Assembly: GCA_963765075.1 (NCBI GenBank) | Contig: CAVXVA010000001.1 | Location: 549,448 to 613,447, forward strand | DNA length: 64,000 nucleotides | Reading direction: 5' to 3' | From: an uncultured Acidimicrobiia bacterium | GTDB taxonomy: Bacteria > Actinomycetota > Acidimicrobiia > IMCC26256 > JAENVU01 | Shown here: piece by piece, positions 9,910 to 17,498 of the stretch | Numbering within the stretch: the first letter of the stretch is position 1 | How the letters are laid out: each line of letters opens with the position of its first letter | Translations under genes and position numbers: made by a program | The notes under the pieces: generated by a model | What the model was told of the DNA's origin: nothing | Database searches by the model: none | What the model saw: only the letters and a program-made list of their open reading frames with translations

Positions 9910-11041
9910 TCAGTTCGAGACCGGACGCAACAGGGTTTCACCGGTCGCGGCAGTGCTGGACCACCCCGGCGCCATCACCGGCACCCGGATCTCACACGGT
10001 CCGGTGGAGTCGCGCACCTCCCACAACAAGGCGGCGTTCTCCCCGTGCCAACGCAGCGCGAACGACATCGAGCCGTGCCGGCTCGGCGCGTCATGCACCT
10101 CGAGGTCGATCCCGGGCTCGGGCGCGTCGTGGAGGAGTTCGAATCCGGCGTCGGTCTCGCGCACGAGACCGGCTCGGGTCCGGAGCAACAATCCGGCGGG
10201 CCCGGCGTCGTCGGCGAGGCCGACTCGGCGCCGGGCTTGGCGCCGTTCCCGGACGGACATGCCGTGCCACGCGTACTCGGCGGCCTCGTCGCACCCCCAG
10301 TCCTCGAGCGCGGCGGCCACGGCCGGCGTCGGGTCGAGCGTCAGCAGCACCTGACTCCGCGCCACGTCGATCGGCTCGACCATGTCCGACGGCCCGGTGA
10401 CCCGCATGCCCCGGTCCAGGTGGACGCTGCCAACCTCGCGCGACCGCATCAGCACCCGGCACCTGGGCGAGGTCCAGACCCGTCGGCACGACATCGCCGC
10501 TCACGATCCCGATCCGCAGCCGGTTGCGGTGGCTGAGTGGGAACAACAGTGCGGCGCGTAGATCCCCGGACTCGGACCGTCGAGCCTCGAAGCGGCCCGT
10601 CTCGGCGCCGCACTGTTCCGGTGCGAACGCCACATCGGTGACGTCCCACCGCGGCGGCGGGAACGGCACGACGAGCGCCACCCGGCCGTCGATCAGCACA
10701 TGGTTGCCGTCGAGTGCGATCGAGGTCGCGCCGGTGACGACGAAGGTCACGATGAACGCCGCGGGCGAGTCGTTCTCGATCTCGGTGATGACGACATCAC
10801 CCGGGCCGGCGATTGCGTACACGCGCTGGACCGCGTCGCCACTCGGGACGCGCACCCGAGTCTCGGCCACCGGCGCACCGCCGAGCGCAGTCTGGCGCAC
10901 GGCGGGCTCCCGACTCGGGACCCGCCACCGGTCGTCGGCACCGATCCACCAGTCGAGCGTCCAGTGCTCGCCGGCCACCGAGATCGACCCCCGAGGGTCG
11001 AGGACGACGCGGCCGTTTCCCCCAATGGCTCCGAGGATCAC
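9910..11041 (-). pseudogene. conserved hypothetical protein (about 375 aa); frame broken near 10440
   Basis: Two protein-like ORFs (10091..11041 and 9910..10494) join at ..PGADAVAR / EVGSVHLDRG... No family recognised. Confidence 0.5.
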
Positions 11042-12048
11042 TGGGGATTCCGCAGTTCCGGCTTCGCTTCTCGCAGCATCAGCGCGGGAACGATGTCGGC
11101 CACCGGCACACCCTCGTACAACACCGCGCCGACCTGTTCGGCGATCGGCATCTCCACGCCGTGGCGCGCGGCCAGTTCCAACACCGCCTGCGTGCTCTTG
11201 ACGCCCTCGGCCACCATCTTCATCTCGGCGACGATCTCCTCCAGCGTGCGGCCCTGACCCAGCGCGACGCCGACGGTACGGTTCCGGCTCTTCTCGCTCG
11301 TACAGGTCGCCACCAGATCGCCCATGCCCGCCAACCCCGAGAAGGTCATCGGGTCGCCGCCGAGTGCCGTCCCGAGCCGCGCCAGTTCTGCCAGCCCCCG
11401 GGTGATCAGCGCGGCCTTGGTGTTGTCGCCGTAGCCCAGTCCGTGCGCGATCCCCGCGGCGAGCGCGATCACGTTCTTCAGCGCCCCCGCGCTCTCACAC
11501 CCGATGACGTCCGGGTTGGTGTACACGCGGAACGTGGCGGTCATGAACAACGCTTGGAGTTCGGTGGCCGCGGTCGGGTCGGTCACGGCGACCACCGACG
11601 CCGTCGGCTGACCCATCGCGACCTCCTGAGCCAGGTTCGGTCCGGTCAGTACCCCGATCCGGTCGCGCCGGTGGCTCCCGAGCACGTCGGCAACGACCTC
11701 GGTCATCCGGTACAGCGTGCCTTGTTCCACGCCCTTGGAGAGGCTGAGAATCGGCACGTCATCACCGATGGCGGGGCGGGCTGCCTCCAGCACGGACCGG
11801 AATCCGTGCGACGGCACGCCCATGACGACCACGTCGGCGCCCGAGCACGCAACGGCGAGGTCCGCGGTCGCGTGGAGCGAGTCGGGCAACGTGATGCCAG
11901 GGAGGTACTCCGGATTGGTGTGGTCGCGGTTCACCCGCGCGGCCACCCGGTCGTCCCGAGCCCACAACACCGCGTCGGCGTTGGCGGCCGCGATCGCACC
12001 GACTGCGGTCCCCCACGATCCGGCACCGACCACGGCAATCCGCGTCAT
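11038..12048 (-). CDS. gpsA: NAD(P)H-dependent glycerol-3-phosphate dehydrogenase
   Basis: MTRIAVVGAGSWGTA..., GPNLAQEV and ALKNVIALAAG motifs. ATG at 12048 overlaps the plsC stop (ATGA). Confidence 0.9.
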   Translation of the reverse strand: MTRIAVVGAGSWGTAVGAIAAANADAVLWARDDRVAARVNRDHTNPEYLPGITLPDSLHATADLAVACSGADVVVMGVPSHGFRSVLEAARPAIGDDVPILSLSKGVEQGTLYRMTEVVADVLGSHRRDRIGVLTGPNLAQEVAMGQPTASVVAVTDPTAATELQALFMTATFRVYTNPDVIGCESAGALKNVIALAAGIAHGLGYGDNTKAALITRGLAELARLGTALGGDPMTFSGLAGMGDLVATCTSEKSRNRTVGVALGQGRTLEEIVAEMKMVAEGVKSTQAVLELAARHGVEMPIAEQVGAVLYEGVPVADIVPALMLREAKPELRNPQ

Positions 12049-12746
12049 CGACAACTCCTCAGGACTGCGGTCTCGGACCCTCGCACCCACCAGTCACCTT
12101 CACCCGGCTGCGGGTGCTGCGGATACGCCGCCCGCGCTCGGCCGACCTGCCGGCAGATGGCCTCCATGATGCGGTCGGTCGCGAGGGCGACATCGTCGGC
12201 CGGATCGATGGTGATCGGCGGACCGAAGGCCGCGGCCTCGGCAATTCCCCACCGCCACCGCGGCTTGCGGCCCTTGAACATCATGCGATGGAGCCCCCAG
12301 AGCCCGACCGGCACGACGGGCACACCGGTGGCCGCCGCCAGGCGAGCCGTTCCCGTCTTGCCCATCATCGGCTCGAGGTCGAGCGAGATCGTGCCCTCGG
12401 GGAACACCGTGACGCACCGACCCGCACGCAACGACTCTTCCGCGGCGACGAGCGATCCCGCCGCGTCACTGCTCCCACGGCTGACCGGGATCATCCCGCA
12501 ACCGATGAGGATCTGGCGGAGGAGCGGCTTCGCGAACAGCTCCTCCTTCGTGAGGAAACGAGTCCGCCGTCCCCGCTTGGTGGCGAGGTATCCCAGCGCA
12601 ATCGGGTCGAGATACGAGATGTGATTCGAGGCGAGGATGACAGCACCCGAGGTCGGAAGGTGCTCGACACCCTCGACCGTCCAGCGGATCCCGAAGTGCA
12701 TCGGTGGGTAGAGCACCGCTCGCACCACATCAAAAACTGGGTCCAC
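12045..12746 (-). CDS. plsC: 1-acyl-sn-glycerol-3-phosphate acyltransferase
   Basis: Acyltransferase motifs ASNHISYLD and VFPEGT. GTG start at 12746. Confidence 0.85.
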   Translation of the reverse strand: MDPVFDVVRAVLYPPMHFGIRWTVEGVEHLPTSGAVILASNHISYLDPIALGYLATKRGRRTRFLTKEELFAKPLLRQILIGCGMIPVSRGSSDAAGSLVAAEESLRAGRCVTVFPEGTISLDLEPMMGKTGTARLAAATGVPVVPVGLWGLHRMMFKGRKPRWRWGIAEAAAFGPPITIDPADDVALATDRIMEAICRQVGRARAAYPQHPQPGEGDWWVRGSETAVLRSCR

Positions 12747-12769
12747 GGGCCGGTAGCATACGCAGCCCC

Positions 12770-13357
12770 ATGCAGCCCGTCCCCGGTCTCGAGCCTCGCG
12801 CGGGCGTCGTTATCCCGATTCGTGCATTTCGATCGGGCAAAGTCCGACTGGCCGATGTGCTCACCAACACCGAGCGCGCCGAGCTCGCCGAAGCGATGGC
12901 GGACCGAGTGGTGCTCGCGGCCGGCAACCTCCCGATCGTCGTCGTGTCCTCCGCGCCGGAAGTTCGCAGCTGGGCCGCCGCTCACTCCATCGAATGCCTC
13001 GACGACGTCAACCGTGGCCTCGACGGCGCGGCCCGCGCCGGGCTCGATCACCATCGCCGGAGGGGTCGCCAACGCGTCATCGTCGCGCACGCCGATCTGC
13101 CCCGGGCCAAACCCGGATCGCTCGAATGGTTCGACCGCTCGGAGCCGGCCATCGTGACGATCGTCCCGTGCCACCGCGACGACGGCACCCCCGTGTTCTC
13201 GGTTCCCGTGCACGCGGATTCACTGTTCGCCTACGGTCCCGGTTCCGCGCGCCGTCACGCGGCGCGGGCCCGGGCGGCGGACCTTGCCGTCCGGGTCGTG
13301 CGCGACGCATCCCTCGGCTTCGATGTCGACCTCCCTGAGGATCTCGCCCAGTCATGA
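12770..13357 (+). CDS. cofC: 2-phospho-L-lactate (phosphoenolpyruvate) guanylyltransferase, F420 biosynthesis
   Basis: VVIPIRAFRSGKVRLA, GLDGAA and VAHADLP patterns of CofC/FbiD. The position next to gpsA matches mycobacterial synteny. Confidence 0.7.
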   Translation: MQPVPGLEPRAGVVIPIRAFRSGKVRLADVLTNTERAELAEAMADRVVLAAGNLPIVVVSSAPEVRSWAAAHSIECLDDVNRGLDGAARAGLDHHRRRGRQRVIVAHADLPRAKPGSLEWFDRSEPAIVTIVPCHRDDGTPVFSVPVHADSLFAYGPGSARRHAARARAADLAVRVVRDASLGFDVDLPEDLAQS

Positions 13358-14088
13358 CCACTTCGATTTCGCCGACGCCCCTGCCGACGCCGGAGCGTGT
13401 CCTGGCCATCGGCGCGCATCCTGACGACATCGAGTTCGGCTGCGGAGGGACCCTCGCGAAATGGGCCGCCGCCGGCGCCGACATCCACTTCCTCGTCCTC
13501 ACCGATGGATCGAAGGGAACTTGGGACGTCGGCGACGACCTCTCGGTGCTCGTGCACACCCGACGCGCCGAAGCGCGCGAGGCCGCACGCACTCTCGGGA
13601 ACGGGACGGTCCACTTCGGCGACTTCGTCGACGGCGAACTCGAGAGTGATGAGGCTGGCCGGCTCGTAGTGTGCCGAACGATCCGCGAAGTCCGGCCCGA
13701 CGTCGTCGTCGGCCACGACCCGTGGAAGCGGTATCGCCTGCACCCAGATCATCGTCACGCCGGTTGGATCACCGTCGACGGGCTCGTCGCCGCGCGCGAC
13801 CCCCACTTCTTTCCCGGCATCGGCGGACACCACCATCGACCGGAGCTCTTGTTGCTGTTCGAGGCCGACGATCCCAACCACGTCGAGCCGATCGACGAGA
13901 CGATCGCCACGAAGGTCGCCGCACTTCTCTGCCACCGCAGTCAGTGGCTCTCGACCATGGACATCGATCCCGCGGCCGGCGACCAACCCGGCGAACATGC
14001 GGCCTTCGCCCGCCGAGTTGCCGAGCGGGCCCGCGTGTCCGGGTCGACCCAGCTCGGCGAAGAATTCCGCCTGCTGCGGGATCTCTAG
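13354..14088 (+). CDS. PIG-L family deacetylase (LmbE-like)
   Basis: VLAIGAHPDDIEFGCGGTLAKW and HPDHRHAG motifs. The start overlaps the cofC stop by 4 nt. Confidence 0.85.
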   Translation: MTTSISPTPLPTPERVLAIGAHPDDIEFGCGGTLAKWAAAGADIHFLVLTDGSKGTWDVGDDLSVLVHTRRAEAREAARTLGNGTVHFGDFVDGELESDEAGRLVVCRTIREVRPDVVVGHDPWKRYRLHPDHRHAGWITVDGLVAARDPHFFPGIGGHHHRPELLLLFEADDPNHVEPIDETIATKVAALLCHRSQWLSTMDIDPAAGDQPGEHAAFARRVAERARVSGSTQLGEEFRLLRDL

Positions 14089-14115
14089 CTCGCGCCCGAT
14101 CTTCGAGCAACGAAA

Positions 14116-14144
14116 AGCGGGGGAGGCCATCGGCCTCCCCCGCT
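14116..14144. terminator. bidirectional stem-loop between convergent genes
   Basis: Perfect 13-bp stem AGCGGGGGAGGCC / GGCCTCCCCCGCT with a 3-nt loop, preceded by AAAA. It lies between the PIG-L stop and the histone-like gene stop. Confidence 0.65.
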
Positions 14145-14161
14145 CTAGGACGTTGCCGTCG

Positions 14162-14548
14162 TTACTTGCGCTTCTTCGCTGCCTTGCGCTTCGCCGGAGC
14201 CTTCTTGGCGGCCTTCTTGGTCGCCTTCCGCTTCGCGGGAGCCTTCTTGGCAGCAGCCTTCCGCTTCGCGGGGGCCTTCTTCTTCGCAGCCTTCTTGACC
14301 GCCTTCTTCTTGGCGGCCTTCTTCACGGTCTTCTTGGCTGCGGCCTTCTTCGTGGCCTTCCGCTTCGCGGGAGCCTTCTTGGCAGCAGCCTTCCGCTTCG
14401 CGGGAGCCTTCTTCTTCGCAGCCTTCTTGGCCGGAGCCTTCTTCTTCGCTGCAGCCTTCCGCTTCGCGGGGGCCTTCTTCGCTGCCTTGCGCTTCGCGGG
14501 AGCCTTCTTGGCCGCCGCCTTACGCGTGCTTCGCTTTGCTGGAGGCAT
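14162..14548 (-). CDS. Lys/Ala-rich histone H1-like (HupB-tail-like) DNA-binding protein without an HU domain
   Basis: 128 aa: MPPAKRSTRKAAAKKAPAKRKAAKKAPAKRKAAAKKKAP.., consisting only of PAKRKAA/AKKA repeats. AAGGTGG Shine-Dalgarno before ATG 14548. The upstream 42 codons of the track ORF are not protein-like. Confidence 0.8.
   Translation of the reverse strand: MPPAKRSTRKAAAKKAPAKRKAAKKAPAKRKAAAKKKAPAKKAAKKKAPAKRKAAAKKAPAKRKATKKAAAKKTVKKAAKKKAVKKAAKKKAPAKRKAAAKKAPAKRKATKKAAKKAPAKRKAAKKRK
14223..14429. repeat. 75-bp direct repeat (74/75 identical) inside the histone-like gene
   Basis: 14223..14297 and 14355..14429 differ at one base (GCGGGGGCC vs GCGGGAGCC). Shorter GCCTTCTT / CCGCTTCGCGGG units recur through the whole gene. 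Confidence 0.9.
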
Positions 14549-15183
14549 GGTCACCACCTTCTGTCGGTGTCTACTGGGCACGAGGCGAAACCGAACCCCA
14601 GTACATGCTCGTTCGCCTCGGTGACGCGGCGGACCTGACGGGCACGGAGTGCACTTCAGGAAAACATCCACCACGATCTTCGTGCGTGTGCGCGCTGTTC
14701 ATCTCCTCAACAACTCGCACAACACAATCTTTGTCGACGAGCGTCACTGAACCGCGCATTTCCGCCGCCACTCGTCATTCAAGAAACCATGGAAACGTAT
14801 TCGGGACGCAACGTCAAGCATTTCCTTTCGTCGCGCGCACGCGCGCGACCGCGACTTCCATCGCGTATCGCATCGTGGCAACACGTCGTCGCGTCGACTG
14901 CGCGCACGCACAGCCACGCGCGCGACACGCAGCGTCAACCGAAGGCATGCATTTCTCGACGATTGTTCACGCGCAGTGAGAACCGAGATGACGCGCGTCA
15001 CGATCAACGACCGACCGCGACGCGACGCGCGGCTTGCACGCGTCGGCGCGAACGCGGAAGAAAATTTCTTTCGGCCTCCACGTCGCGCGCGTGTCACATC
15101 CGGTGCAACGCGCGCGGCGAACCCACGACAACGAGTGACGATGCGCGGGTGCAGCCCGGACACAACCAAGCCCGGACACAACG
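14549..15183. other. 630-bp ORF-free, locally lower-GC region with repeated CG-palindromic motifs (5'UTR/promoter of the histone-like gene, possible ncRNA or binding-site array)
   Basis: - CACGCGCGCGAC occurs at 14838 and 14915, and its exact reverse complement at 15082.
- Perfect palindrome TGACGCGCGTCA at 14989..15000.
- A 9-bp-arm inverted repeat at 14830..14849.
- ATTTC(C/T)TTCG boxes precede the CG blocks.
- A 9-bp-stem hairpin at 14581..14620.
- Three tandem AAGCCCGG(A/G)AC units with a 16-nt period at 15153..15194. Confidence 0.6.
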
Positions 15184-15208
15184 AAGCCCGGGACGAAGTC
15201 CCGGGCTT
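15184..15208 (-). terminator. stem-loop immediately 3' of tRNA-Glu
   Basis: Perfect 11-bp stem AAGCCCGGGAC / GTCCCGGGCTT with a 3-nt loop, 3 nt after the tRNA CCA end. It is followed on the minus strand by CGUUGUGU, a weak U tract. Confidence 0.5.
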
Positions 15209-15211
15209 GGT

Positions 15212-15287
15212 TGGCAGCCCCGAGCAGATTCGAACTGCCGTTACCGCCTTGAGAGGGCGGCGTCCTAGGCCACTAGACGACGGGGCC
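15212..15287 (-). tRNA. tRNA-Glu (anticodon CTC)
   Basis: The reverse complement GGCCCCGTCGTCTAGTGGCCTAGGACGCCGCCCTCTCAAGGCGGTAACGGCAGTTCGAATCTGCTCGGGGCTGCCA folds as a cloverleaf. Anticodon stem CCGCC/GGCGG with loop CTCTCAA. CCA is encoded. Confidence 0.9.
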
Positions 15288-15314
15288 AGACTGCGCCGAG
15301 AAGATTTCCTCGGT

Positions 15315-15389
15315 TGGCTCGGGGGGGAGGACTCGAACCCCCAAAGACAGGACCAGAACCTGTTGTGTTGCCGATTACACCACCCCCGA
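15315..15389 (-). tRNA. tRNA-Gln (anticodon CTG)
   Basis: Reverse complement TCGGGGGTGGTGTAATCGGCAACACAACAGGTTCTGGTCCTGTCTTTGGGGGTTCGAGTCCTCCCCCCCGAGCCA. Anticodon stem ACAGG/CCTGT with loop TTCTGGT, and a TTCGAGT T-loop. gltX followed by tRNA-Gln and tRNA-Glu is a common actinobacterial order. Confidence 0.9.
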
Positions 15390-15460
15390 ATGGGAGCGGC
15401 CATCATAGCCGTTGGGCGCCGGAAACCCGATTCGAAGTCTTCGGGGCCCGAGGGTCGAGG

Positions 15461-16879
15461 TCAACCCAGCCGGAGCCGGGCGGCCTGCAGGCGTGCGACC
15501 GAGACCTCGCGACCCAGCAACTCGATGGAATCGAAGAGCGGGAGTCCGGCGGCGCGTCCCTCGATCGCGGCGTACAGCAACTTCATGACCTTGCCCGGCT
15601 TCAGACCCAACTCGGTGATCGCGGCGCGCATCTCACCGATGGCGTCGACGTTCCAATCGCAGCCGGTCACGTGACCGATCACCGCATCGAGGACCGCGGC
15701 CGGTTGGTCCACCGTCGAGACCTGGCTCCAGACGTCGTCCGCCACCGCGAACGCATCACCCGCGAAGAGGAACGCCAGCTGATCGGCCAGGGACACCAGT
15801 GTGCTGGCCCGCTCCTGACCGACCGTCACCCCTGCAACCAAGATGCGTTCGTCGAATCCGTCGCCGTACCGCTCGACCGCGAACGGTCGCACCCGTTCGA
15901 CCAACTCGGCGAGCGAGAGGCGACGAATCCATTCACCGTTCATCCATTCGAGCTTCTTGTCGTCGAAGATCGCCGCCGAGTGGGTCACCCGCTCCAGCGT
16001 GAACGCCGCGACGACATCGGCCGCCGTCATCACTTCGCGGTCGTCGTCGGGTGCCCAGCCGAGCAAGGACAGGTAGTTGAACAGCGCCTCCGCCAAGATG
16101 CCGCGGGCGCGGAAGTCCTCGACGGCCACGGCACCGTGGCGCTTCGACAACTTCGCGCGGTCCGCCTGGAGGATCAGCGGCAGGTGCGCGTACACCGGGG
16201 CTTCGATTCCGCCGAGCGCGCGCCGGATCGCAAGGACTCGGTGCGTCGTATCGATGAGGTCCTCGCCGCGGATGACGTGGGTGATCCCCATCGCCAGATC
16301 GTCGACGGCGTTCGCGAGGAAGAACAGCGGTGAACCGTCGGAACGAACAATCACGAAGTCCGAGATCGTCGACCACTCCACGGCGACCTCACCGCGCACC
16401 GCGTCGGTGAACACGCTCCGACCGGTATCGGGAGTCCGAAATCGCACGGTCCGGGGCCGGCCGTCGGCGGCCAGGGCCGCCCGCTGATCGGCCGTGAGGT
16501 CGCGACCACGACCGTCGTACCCTGGAGGGAGACCGGCCGCTTTGCGTTCGGCATTCATAACTTCGAGTTCCTCGGGCGTATCGAAGCACTCGTACGCGTC
16601 GCCGCTGGCCAACAACCGGTCGGCGGCCGCGAGGTACTCCGAGATTCGCTGTGACTGGCGCCACGGTGTCTCGTCCCAGTCGAGGCCGAGCCAACGGAGC
16701 GTGGCGCCGATCGCGTCAACCCACTCCTCGCGCGTGCGCGACGAGTCGGTGTCTTCGATACGGATCAGAAACGTGCCGTCGGCGTGGCGCGCATACAGCC
16801 AGTTGAACAGCGCAGTCCGCGCACTCCCAACGTGCAGCTCGCCCGTAGGCGCGGGCGAGAACCGGACTCGGACACTCAT
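15461..16879 (-). CDS. gltX: glutamate--tRNA ligase
   Basis: RFSPAPTGELHVGSARTALFNW (HIGH-type), IRIEDTD and KLSKRHG (KMSKS-type) motifs. 472 aa. Confidence 0.95.
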   Translation of the reverse strand: MSVRVRFSPAPTGELHVGSARTALFNWLYARHADGTFLIRIEDTDSSRTREEWVDAIGATLRWLGLDWDETPWRQSQRISEYLAAADRLLASGDAYECFDTPEELEVMNAERKAAGLPPGYDGRGRDLTADQRAALAADGRPRTVRFRTPDTGRSVFTDAVRGEVAVEWSTISDFVIVRSDGSPLFFLANAVDDLAMGITHVIRGEDLIDTTHRVLAIRRALGGIEAPVYAHLPLILQADRAKLSKRHGAVAVEDFRARGILAEALFNYLSLLGWAPDDDREVMTAADVVAAFTLERVTHSAAIFDDKKLEWMNGEWIRRLSLAELVERVRPFAVERYGDGFDERILVAGVTVGQERASTLVSLADQLAFLFAGDAFAVADDVWSQVSTVDQPAAVLDAVIGHVTGCDWNVDAIGEMRAAITELGLKPGKVMKLLYAAIEGRAAGLPLFDSIELLGREVSVARLQAARLRLG

Positions 16880-16925
16880 GACGCGGGTTCCTTCCTCAAC
16901 AGGTCACCCGGCCACCGTGACCCGG

Positions 16926-17489
16926 TCAGGCCGACGGCGCCGCGTGGGGAATCTCAGCGGCTCGACCATGAGCCATCAGGCTACGGACCCGGCTCAGGTG
17001 TTCGGGGAGTTCGGTGACCGGGAGCCGGAGCAACGATGCGCTGACCGTGTCGGCAATGGCGCGCCGGACGACGTAGTCATGACTCGCGCCGCGCACCACT
17101 CCGGGCCGCCAGGTGCGAACCTCCGCCGGCGCGGGACCGGCATAGCCGAGGAGTTCCACCGCAAAGTCCACGTCGAGCTTCGTAGGTGCGCGCCCGAGGG
17201 TCGCGGCCCGTTTCATCGCCAACTCGGCGACAATCGCGACGGCATCCTCGACGTGCTCGCCCGGCTCGAGTCGAAAGCGGTCCCGGGCCCGGTTCGCCAG
17301 GGTGAGTGCGAAGCCGTTACTCGGACCCGGTGAACCGACCAGCGCACCCACCGGGCGTCGCGCGATGGCGTCACCCGGGCGGTCCGCTTGCCAACTGCGC
17401 GCGGCGGGCATGTGGACGCCCGGCGCAAAGTTCTGCTTCTGACGCGGGCGTTCGTCGCGAGGGGTGGGTACGTACGGATCGGTAGGCAC
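16926..17489 (-). CDS. hypothetical protein
   Basis: 187-aa ORF with protein-like composition, lying between gltX and cimA. No family recognised. Confidence 0.55.
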   Translation of the reverse strand: MPTDPYVPTPRDERPRQKQNFAPGVHMPAARSWQADRPGDAIARRPVGALVGSPGPSNGFALTLANRARDRFRLEPGEHVEDAVAIVAELAMKRAATLGRAPTKLDVDFAVELLGYAGPAPAEVRTWRPGVVRGASHDYVVRRAIADTVSASLLRLPVTELPEHLSRVRSLMAHGRAAEIPHAAPSA

Positions 17490-17498
17490 GGGTGATGG

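Noticed and set aside
6241-10536. 1431-aa ORF in the track, which looks like a giant protein.
   Set aside because: It is a chance read-through in high-GC DNA. It stitches the N-terminus of the DJ-1-like gene, the middle of the GH38 gene and Arg/Pro-rich antisense sequence of the next gene. Only the middle part is protein-like.
14162-14548. Tandem repeats (histone-like gene, 60109..60153, 62738..62866) as a CRISPR array.
   Set aside because: The repeats are contiguous or have only two or three units, without unique spacers of regular length. No cas genes are present.
15212-15389. The tRNA-Gln/tRNA-Glu pair as an integration site of a genomic island.
   Set aside because: No integrase, no duplicated tRNA 3' end (att-like repeat) and no foreign-looking genes are adjacent. 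The gltX-tRNA arrangement is a conserved core feature.
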